Source: Azolla caroliniana
Taxonomy: Eukaryota > Plantae > Polypodiophyta
Direction of reading: 5' to 3'
Length of the DNA stretch: 64,000 nucleotides
NCBI GenBank assembly: GCA_043228905.1
Contig: JBHGNT010000009.1
Coordinates: forward strand, 19,902,001-19,966,000
Position numbers and translations under genes: made by a program. Positions 1 to 10,495 of this stretch are shown here, piece after piece. The first letter of the stretch is position 1; each line of letters opens with the position of its first letter. The notes under the pieces were generated by a model. That model did not search any database. It was not told the DNA's origin and saw only the letters and a program-made list of their open reading frames with translations.

Positions 1-147
1 CAGTCTCTCGTTTGGCCCGCTCAACCGGAACGATTCCGGACTCTCATGTTGAGTCCACGCTTCATCATCCTCTACCTAGGCCGGTTCAGGCTCACTAGCC
101 TCATCCACTGGCACCAGGTCGGATTCGGAAGTCGGAGCCGGTAAGGA

Positions 148-2414
148 TTACAACGATGCCGATTCATCGAACTCGACATCTCGATTAACTCGAACCTGCG
201 TTGTCCGGGGGTTATAACACTTATAACCCTTCTGCTCTTGAGCATAGCCGATTAGGATGCATTTTTCCGATTTTGCATCCAGCTTCCTCCGCTTCTCTTC
301 CGGTACATGCACATATGCAATGCTACCGAAGATCTTAAGGTGTCTCAAATTCGGCTTGCACCCGAAATACAACTCGTGAGCTGACACCTTGTCACTGATC
401 CAGTTCTGGATGTAGACAACTGTTCGGACTGCCTCCGCCCAGTAGAATTTGGGCATGCTCTTCTCCTCCAGCATTGCCCTTGCCGCATCAATAAGTGATT
501 GGTTCTTCCTTTCGGCAACACCGTTCTGTTGCGGTGTGTATCTGCAGCTAAACTCTCGCCGAATTCCCTTTTGCTGCAGATAACTGTTGAATTGGCCGGA
601 AAAGTACTCTTTTCTGCCATCCGACCGCAGGCATTTGATCTTCCTCTCTGATTCCCATTCCACTATGGTTTGGAGACTCCGTAAACACTCAAAGACTTCA
701 CTCTTCCGCTCAATGAGGTAGATCCATGTATGCCGCGTATAGTCGTCGATGAAGGAGACGAAATATCGACTCCCGCCAAGACTAACATTCTGTGCCGGTC
801 CCCACACATTCGAATGGATTAGGTCGAGCTTGTTTCGGCTCCAGTTACGTTCGGTGGGGAATGGAAGCCGGTGTTGCTTCCCGAGTTGGCAGGCTTCACA
901 TACTTGGGCCTTCCGGCCGCTAAACTTTGGCAAACCGAAAACAACTTGTTTCGTTTTCAGGTCTTGAAGCCTCTGGTAATTGACGTGGCCTATCCACTTG
1001 TGCCACAGGTCGATGTCCGATTCGACCTTCTGTCCTTTTGCAAACAGAGCGATGCCGACGTCATTGGTGTCGAGGATAAACATCCTCCCGTCTCTGCGCC
1101 CTTGCGCAATAATCTGGCCCTCTTCCTCAATGAAGCACTCGAGGTGCGTAAACCGCACCTGCATCCCTTGGTCGACGATCTGTCTGACCGACACCAGGTT
1201 CTTCGTGATTGTCGGTACGTGTAATACGTTCATCAGCTTCCCCTTCTGTCTGACGTGGCTCAAAGCGACTTCTTCGACGTGCACAATTGGGTGAGGAGTG
1301 TCGTCTCCGGTTTCGACTACTCCTGGTTGATCTGGTTTCTCCAAAAAGGAGAACCACTCTTTGTGGTTTGTCATGTGGTTCGACGCATCGGAATCAACAT
1401 ACCACACTTCCTCCGATTTGTAAGTCGTCTTCTTCATCGAGTTCGCCTCGTGCTTCATCACCAAGGTTGGCCCGTTACCGTTCTTGGATGCTCCCGATCC
1501 CTTCGCGTAGTGTGAGCTTTGGTGGCCATCCTTGCCGGCCTTGCCGTATCCGGATTTGTCCGAATCATCGCATTTTCTCCAGCACTCGCTTTCTCTGTGG
1601 CCCTTTTTGCCACAGTACCAACATTCCGTTGCAGATTTGTCTTGCCGGCCTGCGGCACCGCCTTGACTCCCCCTGCCTGTGGAGGTCCCGGAACTGCTGT
1701 CGGCACGTTCTCTGTGCCTTCGTTCTTTCTCTTGTCGTCGCCTCCATTGCGTGCCAACCCGCCTCGTCCACCACGCCCACGGGACTGATCCGTTTCCGTG
1801 TACAACATCCGGCTGTCAATGGGTGCGCTAGTTGACGCACCGGCGTGGTTCTCCTCTACAAGGAGCATCGATTGTAAGTTGAAAAATGACGACGTATTCT
1901 CCCTTGTACACACCGCCGTTCGGAACGCTCTGAACTTAGACGCCAGGCCCCCAAGACAAACCTGGACCATCTCGTCTTCCTCTACGGTAACATTGATAGA
2001 GGAAAGAGAGTCACAAATCTCTTTGATTTGGGTCATGTAATCTGCCACCGACATGTCCTTCTATTGGACATTGCTCAACTCATGTCGGAGTTGCAGCTTC
2101 CGGGCTGTAGTGCTCGCGGCGAAAACCTTCTTCAGGTTCCCCCAAGCCTCCTTCAGTGTCTTGGCGTCTCGGATGTGGCTCAACAATTGGTCTCCGACAC
2201 TGGACGCGAAGCAGTACATCACTCTTCTTACCGATTGTTCCCACACTGGGAAGTCCTTATGTGCCGCATCAGGTGTTGTTTCGTTGGCTCCCTCGATGAA
2301 ACTCCAGTAGCCATGCCCAAGCAGGTACTGGTGCATCTTATACGACCAAGATGCATAGTTGGATCTATCGTGTTTCTCCACAAGGAGCGAGCTAGCCATC
2401 CCTCTATCCATCAC
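148..2414 (-). pseudogene. Copia gag-protease-integrase, broken by a stop and frameshifts
   Basis: ORFs 2061-2414 (gag N-terminus, SNYASWSYKM), 1458-2054 (gag, frameshifted at the Zn knuckle) and 148-1464 (PR + INT). Confidence 0.92.
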
Positions 2415-2503
2415 TTCTCTGTCTGTTGTTTTACGACCTGTTAGGGTTTGCTTTCAAGCGTTTGTTAGCTGTAGAGGTTCTCAACCCTCGCGCTTTGATA
2501 CCA

Positions 2504-2904
2504 TCTAAACGATTACTTGCGGAAGCGTTAGAAACAGAGAAAGTAGGGAATACACAGAGTACGCGGGAGAGATAGAGAGAGAGTAGAACGTAAAAGCTAT
2601 ATTAAAAAACGATATATGCCTCTATCATTTACAATTGTGCTCAGTAGCACTATTTATACAAGTCCTCATGGGACTGACAGAAGTACCGCGTACTTCAATG
2701 CTCACACGAGCTTCTAACACTTACTACGAGACTATAATTGCCTGGTAGTCTAAACTAATACTAGGCTTCCGATTACCGATTGGACCCGGCTAACTGGCTC
2801 CCCAACTCACTGGCTCTGTTGCTTGCCGGCTTACCGATCCGTCTCGCTTGCCAGCTCAGGTTTATTAAGCCGATCCGGCTCCAGTTCAGCTTACCGCTTC
2901 AACA
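2504..2904 (-). repeat. 5' LTR of the copia element (~400 bp) with adjacent tRNA-iMet PBS at 2492-2503
   Basis: On minus it begins TGTTGAAG at 2904 and is followed by TGGTATCAAAGC (Met PBS). The terminal CA reads GA. The partner LTR is outside the window. Confidence 0.75.
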
Positions 2905-3189
2905 ACGTTTTCGTGTGATTTTTCACACACGATAAGAAAAGTAATGAAATAATTATTTAAGTAAGCTTAAATGGCTTAGTATGAAAGATGGACGTCTTCA
3001 AGAGCTTCCAAACACATTTTACTACATATGAAACGGATAACTAAGTATTAAGTTATGTGAGTATAAAGTTGAGAAGATAAGAAAAACAAAATTGTGAGAT
3101 ATCCCACATAGATAGGACAATGTCAGATCCCCCATTATATAACTAGATCTCAAACCCATTACTTCATAGCTGGGTGCTTGGAGCATGGG

Positions 3190-4050
3190 TTATCCGTAGT
3201 GCATGAGTTGTTTTCACGAGCCATTTGGCCGTTTGGAGTGATTTGTAGTGTGCGCATTGTTTTGAGCATTCGTAGTGCACGGGTTGTGGTGCACAGCTCG
3301 GTCGGAACGCGCGCACGTACTGATGCTTGCATGGTTTGAGCGTTTGTAAATGCGCGCGCACAGATGCTTGCATGGTTTGAGCGTTCATAGCGGTCGGGAT
3401 GTGTGCGCACAGAGACATGTCCACGGCTCGGTCGGTGTGCGGATTGTTTTGAGCATTCGTGGTGCACAAGTCGGTCGGAACGCACCCCGTCGAAACGCGC
3501 GCACGCACGGATGCTTCCATGGTTTGAGCGTTCGTAGACGCACGCGCACGGATGCTTGCACGGTATGAGTGTTCGTAGCAGTCGGGATGTGTGCGTGCAC
3601 AGACGTGTCCACAGCTCGGTCGGGGACGCGTGATTTGGCTGTTTGGAGCGATCTGTAGTGTGTAGATTGTTTTGAGCATTCGTAGTGCACGACTTGGTCG
3701 GAATGTGCGCACGCACGGATGCTTGCATGGTTTGAGTGTTCGTAGACGCGCGCGCACAGGTGCTTGCATGGTATGAGCGTTCGTAGCGGTCGGGATGTGT
3801 GCACGCACGGACGTGTTCACGGGTCGGTCAGGGACGTGTGCCATTTGGCCGTTTGGAGCAATCTGTAGTGTGCAGATTGTTTTGAGCATTCGTAGTGCAT
3901 GGGTCGTGGTGCACGGCTCGGTCGGAACGCGTGCACGCACGGATGCTTGCACGGTTTGAGCGTTCGTAGTGGTCGGGATGTGTGCGCGCACGGACGTGTC
4001 CACAAACGCGCGCGCACAGAGGCGCACACGGCTCAGTCTAGACGCACGGG
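3190..4050. repeat. GC/CpG-rich modular tandem repeat
   Basis: Shuffled recurring modules GTCGGAACGCGCGCACGCACGGATGCTTGCATGGTTTGAGCGTTCGTAG, GTCGGGATGTGTGC and TTGTTTTGAGCATTCGTAGTGCAC. Confidence 0.85.
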
Positions 4051-4097
4051 CCAAACTTTATGGATGATTGGATCATATGGCCGAATTATACGGACGT

Positions 4098-4172
4098 CGC
4101 ATGCAACTAAAAGTGGATGCATGCAACTAAAAGCAGAGGCCAAGCAACTAAAAGTAGATGCATGCAACTAAA
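4098..4172 (+). repeat. Short (AT)GCAACTAAA repeat cluster
   Basis: Four copies of GCAACTAAA at ~20 bp spacing. Confidence 0.75.
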
Positions 4173-4856
4173 GTAAAGGTCATGTGTGGACACATGCAAT
4201 TGAACATCAAGGGCCATGATCAACAAAGAACTCCTTATATATTCCACTCTTCTTCTTGTTCTTCTTTTCTTTTTTCTTTTCTTCTCCGATTCTTTGGAAA
4301 AAACAATCTCTCATATTCATATCGAACCACTCCTTATATGGTGGCCGAATCCTTTCTTTTAAAATTATCTCTCATTTTCATATCCAGTCCGTTGTAACAC
4401 GATTCTTATATTATAAAAGAATCTGGGTAAAAGCATGAAAGTGGAAGTTACACTATTATAGCTAATTAGCTACTAAAATGACCACAACTAATTAGCTATT
4501 TGTTTAGCTAGTTTTTGGTGGGAAAATCATAAGGATGGTTTACGAAATTTTATGTTTTATTAGTTAAATACATGTCATTTAATTTATGAGAATACTCAAA
4601 TATTTGAACTTTGGTTTCTGACGTAGTGGAACATGTGGAATAGTGCCATCATCTAAGGTCGACTTGAATGTCATCAAATTCCTGATAATCCTGAATTCGA
4701 GTTCGAACTCCAAACAGATGGAGTACTCTGAGCATGAACGCAGACGAAGCTCCCGCAACAGTAGAAAGACTCTAAGATCGACATTGCACCTTCAGAGCTA
4801 CAACACACAACCAAGTCAATCCTCGTCCAGGTATGTATTAGTTACATATTAAAAAA

Positions 4857-5288
4857 ACTCACTTAACGATTGGTAAATGATTAAGCACGATATCTCTCTC
4901 TCTCTCTCATAAATAATAGGTTAATAGATATAGACAATAAGAAGCAAGAGTATGTTTTTTAACACTCTTTGCTAAGAGGTCTAGCACCAACAAGGAGAGA
5001 GATTAGTGTTCTCTAACTAAACACCTCACTAATCTCTCTTAAGCTCAAAGGTTACAAGAAGTAGGAGAGGAAGCTCTAGCTCTAATCAATAGGAGATCTT
5101 TACAAATGGGAGAACCCCCACAAAGTCACTACTATGTGGTTTATATAGCTTTCACGTTTAGGGTATGGGTCTTTCACACTTGGACGTCTCTTTGCTTTCT
5201 TTTCCTCTTGCCATTTCCTCTTCGTACTATGTCCTTGTTGATGCGCTCTTATTCGTGATTGGTTGTGTTGTTATCCCAGCGCTTAACA
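4857..5288 (-). repeat. 3' LTR of gypsy-1, truncated by ~120 bp
   Basis: Matches 17381-17826 with scattered substitutions; ends ...CTTAACA next to the PPT. Confidence 0.93.
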
Positions 5289-5299
5289 TCCCCCCCAAC

Positions 5300-8200
5300 C
5301 TAATGAGTGCACACTCCAGGGTGCATTGTGGGAGGAGAGCTTCGAGCGTTGGGGGCGAGTAGGATTGAGTAGGGGGGTTCCTCAGGGGGCGGGTGCCGTC
5401 GGAGATGATGGCAAAGACGGCAGATGTTCAGTGGTGGTAGCTGGATTTCCTGCAGTTGGTCGGTTGTTGTGAAAAAATCTTTCTTGGGGCCGGTGAGCCA
5501 GGTGCAGGTGTTGTGGCCGGCGAAGGGAGAAGGGGGGTTTCGACTAAAGCTTATGTAAGCGGGGAAAAAACGCATGTGTCTTGGAGGCGGGGGAAAGGGA
5601 GGGTGAGGGCGAGGAGGCGGCTGGGTGTCAGGTTCATCAGGTGAGTTGTGGTCCCTCCCCAGGTCGATCTCCGGGGGGAGGAGGGCACGAGCACGAGCCT
5701 CGTTGAACGTCATGAGTTGATACTCGCGAGAGATGTCGAGGTATAGGGCTAATTCTGGTATGTTGTCAGCCTCGAGGTCGGTGGGCCAGTTGAATGTGGC
5801 GTATTCGATGCTGAATATGTGAGTACGAACCCCGACGTCCAAGGCAGTTTGCCAAGCGCGTATTAGCCAAACGAAACGGAAAGGGGGTACGGAGGTCGTA
5901 GTGTTCTCCAACAGGGTGCGGGTGAGGGTGTCGGTGATGTGTAAGCACACTAGTGTTGTGAAGAGGTGGGCTAGCTGGTCTTCGGTGACTTGCATCGTGA
6001 CATTAGAAGGGTAGGTGGAATAGATCAGGTCAGAGATGTCTAAGTCGGGGGTGAGGGTGGTGTGAAGGTAGGCCATACCTTCAAGGAACAAAATAGGGAG
6101 GTGTTGGGGGAAGAGGTTGCCGGTTGGGGGCGAAGGTTCTTCGGTGGCTTCCTGATACAACATGAAGAGGGCAAGGGCGTGGTTGTCTTCAGGGAGTACT
6201 CGAATGAAGGTCTGTTGGTCTGGGGGTGTGGGGTCGTCAAAGAATACGCGACGCGTGGTGGACAACGACCGAAGGACGCATGTGTCTTGGATGAGGAGGG
6301 TACGCCGTGTACGTGGTGCAGTGAAAAGTTTGGAGAGCAGGGATGTCGAGGTCACGTACACTTAGAGTGCCTGAATCATATTCAGAGAGCTAGTTGAGGT
6401 AAGGAGAGGTGTCTGAACGGTGGAGGGGTCCGTCATGCCGGTGCTGAGGGCGTGTTCAAGGGTGGCTTTGGACGTGCGGAGTTGGAGGATGTCCTTTTCG
6501 AGGTCGGCGCACTGGCGGCGGTGTTTGATGAGGAGACATTAGTTCCGTTCATTGGCGACTTCGACTTGGTGGACCATGGCGTCACGTTTAGCCTTGAGAG
6601 TGGTGATCTCGCTCGTGAGTTGGTGAGTTGTGGCCATGGCGGTGGCCAGAGCCTCAAACCGTTAAGAGATATCAGCCGTCACGGTTGCGAGGCGGGCCTC
6701 GGTCAGTTGGTGTTGGGTGGTGAGGCGGACGTACTCGGCCGAGGGTTCGGCATGTGTTTGTGCCGCGCGTTCCTGGTTGTGGTGCCAGGTTGTCCGAGCT
6801 TGTTGGAACTCGTCAGCGAGTTGTTGGTGTCGGGTTTGCATCATCAAGAGTTCTTGCTTGAGGAGGTCATGGGCGGCCGCTTGGCACACGTTGGTATGGA
6901 GGGCGCTCCGTACCTCGGCTGCCAAGATCTCATTCCGTATAGAGGTCTCGTGTTGGTCGGTGGCGGTCTGTTGGGCATGTGCATGAACTTGAAGTAGGCG
7001 ACGGTTCACGATAGCAGTCATTTTGAGGAGGTCGGCCACCATTTCGGTTAAGGGTTTGGGGGGGACGGCGAGGGAGGGGGTAGGGTGGGTAGTGACTGCA
7101 GTGAGTGGGGTAGAGCAGGGCACGGAGGTTGAGGGGGGGGGGGGGGAGGCGTGGTGGCGGGGGGTTTTCATTTGGGCGAGAGTGATGGTGGGTTGAAGGG
7201 GAACGGTCAGGGTTGCGGTGTCGGGAGCGTTGTGGCGGGCGAGTTTATGGGGTCGAGGTCGCGGGGTGTCGTCGGTGGTGGTGGGCGGGAAGGGTTGGGT
7301 AGTTGCGGCCGGGGTGGGAGGTGAGGGTTCGTGGGGTAGAGGGGTTGGCAAGGTAGGGGGAGGCGGGGCTGGTGGGTTTTGTTGGTCACGTAAGATTGAC
7401 TCCGTTGTGCAGTTGCGGGTACGCGGGGTCATGGTTGTGTTCTGATGTGACACATAGTGGAAGGTAGTGGACAAGGCCTGGATTTCGGTGAGGGTGAACG
7501 CGTGTGTCTGGAATTCCTTGACACGATTTGTGATATCCTCAGGGGTGTCGAGGTTAGCTTCGGCTGACACGTGGGTGATCGGGGGTTGTTTGTGCGCCGG
7601 TGGCCGTTCCTGTTCGCCTTGGTGTACCTGTCGTAAGAAGTCGTGTTCAGGGAGGCGAAGGTGCTCGTTTTGGCTTGGGACAGTTATCTTGCGGAAGTGT
7701 TCTTGGCAGCGTATGAAGGGAGGGGCGGGGGGTTCGATGCTGAACTTTGCGCACAAGTAATGGGTGAGGAACTACGTGAAATAGACTGTTGATTTGGGCC
7801 GTGTGTGCCATTCTCGGACCCGGTGGACAAGCTCATGAGCCCACTGGACTGCTTGCGGATCATGTGCCCACTTGAGGTACTCGCCGATGATACAAGCGGT
7901 GGCGTCGATAGATGCGGTGTCGCTAATTTGGGCAATTGCGTTACAACGGTCATGGAGATGGAAAGGGATTTCGGTGTAACGCCAACCTTCGCGTCTAGAA
8001 TATTCGGCGTAGGCGGCAGGAATGATGCCGAGGACAACCCCAAGGGTCCTCATGGTGCGGAAGGGGGCGCCATCGAGTGGTAAATGCAGCGTAGTGCAAA
8101 CGTCGGTCGCGGTGAACTGGAATGCGACGGGGGGGGGGGGAATCCGCAAAAGCCTGCATACCGACGTGGCCCATGTCGGGGTTGTACCTGATGAGGAAGC

Positions 8201-8435
8201 GGTTGACCAACTCAAGCAGGATGCCCCATGGCCCGATCCCGAGGAAGAACTTGAGGCCAAGTCGTGAGAGGGTGGCGAACACGTCGGGTTCGAGGTACTT
8301 GAGGTGCGTGGTGGCCGTGGGGACCAGGTAAGTACATCGGGTGTTGTTGAACACCGCTGGAATGACTAAGGAACCACACCCTGCGTCGGGGTAGTATGCG
8401 TGGAGGAGTTTGATGAATTGGGGAGACATCATCAT
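5300..8435 (-). pseudogene. Gypsy-1 3' accessory ORF region (plant-mobile-domain-like N-terminus, Pro/Thr-rich linker, coiled coil, further ORF 5300-6361)
   Basis: Consecutive ORFs 7995-8645/7772-8260 (frameshift in the G-run at 8128-8140), 6662-7756 and 5300-6361, same sense as pol, between INT and PPT. Domain identity is inferred. Confidence 0.6.
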
Positions 8436-8699
8436 TTGCAACCCGAGGTGTGGGTAAGCAGGGTGTGCAGGAGACGAGGCAGTGGCCGCGGCAGGCGATT
8501 GACGGGGTAGGAGCAGGAATGCCGAGGGTGGGGATGCAAGGGCGCCGAATAGAGAGAGGGGTGACGGGGTGGAGGGGAGGAAGGTTGGAAGGGGGGAGGG
8601 AGAAAAGTGATGCAGAGAACGGGGTAGCGAGAGGGAAGGGGACAAGAAGAATAAGGAGCGCTAAAAAAAGAGAGAGAGGGGAGGGGGGGTGGTGGGGGT

Positions 8700-8990
8700 A
8701 GAGCAAAGAAGAAGAAAGAAGAAGAAGGAAATAATAATAATAAATAAAATAATAAATAAAACGTAAAAAACAATAAAATAAATAAATAAATAAAAATAAT
8801 AAATAAAAATAATAGAAAATAGAAAATAGAAAATAGAAAATAAAATAATAATAATCATAAAAAAGAAAAAAGAAAAAAAAAGAAAAAAAAAGAAAAAAAA
8901 AGAAAAAAAAAGAAAAAAAAGAAAAAAAGAAAAGAATAATAGACATTAAAAATAATAAATAAATAAAAATATTAAAAATAAAAATAAACC
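8700..8990. repeat. A-rich low-complexity tract inside gypsy-1
   Basis: AATAA/AATAG and GAAAAAAAAA iterations. Confidence 0.9.
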
Positions 8991-9429
8991 ACGACAACGA
9001 GGGGACAACCGAAGGGAACACGAGGCCATGATGGAAAGGAGTAATCGACGAAAAAGATTCGGATACCGACGATAATTAAGAAACTGCGAGGTGGCTAAGG
9101 TTGGCATATGGACGGGAGGGCTGAACGGGGGTCCACGGGGGATGTGATGAGGGATTGGGGAAATTAAGAGCTTTTGGCAAACCTTGAGGGGGTGAATGTG
9201 GGGGGAGTGGCACTCGGGTATTGTGTGAGGTTCTGGGCCCTTGACGTTTAAGGACCCAGACCTGCGGCATGTTTGTTACGGGGATGAGGAGGATTTGTGA
9301 AGCCTTTCCATTGGACATTTAGACTCTCAGTTGTTTAGGCTTGTCGATTCCTGTGGCTTTAACCTGGGCAGGATACCAGACTGATGTGTGTGATTTTCGG
9401 GTGTCCCATGTGGGCGTGGTATGATCATG

Positions 9430-9990
9430 ACTGGGGAGCTAGCTTTGTTTCAGGACCCAAAAGCTAGAGGCGCCTTTGTGCCAACCCTGTGCGGTTGTGA
9501 GTGTCTTTTAGACTCGCCAAATGGCAGGTTCTCCACAGCACCGTCCGTCTGCAAAAACAATGTGAACGTTCACCCATTCCCGTGGTTTGGGTGTCTGTGT
9601 TTTGATGTTAGCGTCGCGCTGGTCCTAGATGGCCGGTGGGTGTTGGCATTCTGTTTGGTTGTGCGACTCTGCGCCTTGGGGTTCATCGAGGTCCCATGCA
9701 GGGGTGGTCCGATCGCGAGCGGGGAGCCGGTTTCGTTTCGGGACCCAAAAGCTAGTGGCGCCATTATGCCAACCTTGTGCGGTTGTGAGTATTTTTCTAA
9801 CTCGCCACACAACGTGTTCTCCGCAGCGTGGGCCGTCAATGAAAACTGCGTGGACGTTCACCCATTCCTGTGGTTTGGGTGTCCTTGTTCTAATGTTAGT
9901 GTCGCGTTGGTCATGGACGGCCAGTGGGTGTTGGTGTCCTATTTGTTTGGGCAACTCCATGCTTTGGGGATCATCAAGGTCAACGGGATG
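9430..9990 (-). repeat. ~290 bp tandem duplication (WVPK-type motif units)
   Basis: GGACCCAAAAGCTAG...GCCAACC..GTGCGGTTGTGAGT at ~9453 and ~9741, with collinear downstream similarity. Confidence 0.8.
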
Positions 9991-10039
9991 CGATTCGAGT
10001 GTTGTTGCAACGAGGTCCTGGAACTTCAGTCCATCTCCT

Positions 10040-10380
10040 GTTTGGAAGGAGACGATGTGTTTGCTGGGTGATAGGAGACATTCTCTTATGCGACACCAAT
10101 CTAAACCGAGGAGGCATTGTGTGTACATAACTTCGGGCGGGAGTACCCAAACTTGGATTGAGTGTGTGCTATATTCTGTCTTGATGCTACACACGAAAGT
10201 TCCCAGGCAGCATGATGTGGACCCATCGAAGCCACGGAAGTTGTCGTTGCAAACTTTGAGGTCTGGGCAACCTAGACGTCTCCATGTTTCGAAGGAGAAA
10301 AGGGTTAGTGATGCTCTTGTGTCGATTACCACCGTCAAAGGCATGTCGTCGACGCAACATCGTAGTTGTATTGTTCCATC
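10040..10380 (-). pseudogene. Second retropepsin-type aspartic protease domain downstream of integrase
   Basis: In ORF 9625-10740: LTVVIDTRASLTLFS (DTG>DTR), FRGFDGS flap, CLLGLDW. Confidence 0.8.
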
Positions 10381-10495
10381 ATTAGAGTTGGCCGCCTTAG
10401 ACATGGCTGTCGGATGGGTGTGTCCTTGTCGCTTCAATTTCACTGGCGTATTGCGCAGGTCGGTTTCGAGCCAGGCCATTCGGCCTTCGGAGGCC

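Larger units (their letters stand above)
1..2904 (-). mobile_element. Ty1/copia LTR retrotransposon, 5' half (continues past the window start)
   Basis: Minus strand order is LTR, PBS, gag, protease (WYVDSDASNHMT), GAG-pre-integrase (LWHKWIGHVN...CEACQLGK), integrase core (LRSDG..., PQQNGVAERKN). This is copia domain order. Confidence 0.95.

Noticed and set aside
2905-3148. Possible Helitron 5' end on minus (A|TCTAGTTATATAA at ~3147)
   Set aside because: Only a short motif; no 3' hairpin-CTAG end or second copy in the window.
3159-4054. 189-296 aa ORFs as protein genes
   Set aside because: They arise from a stop-poor tandem repeat open in several frames, with no recognisable domain.
8212-9021. 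269-aa hydrophobic ORF as an env-like membrane protein
   Set aside because: It is the translation of an A/T low-complexity tract (poly-F/Y/I).
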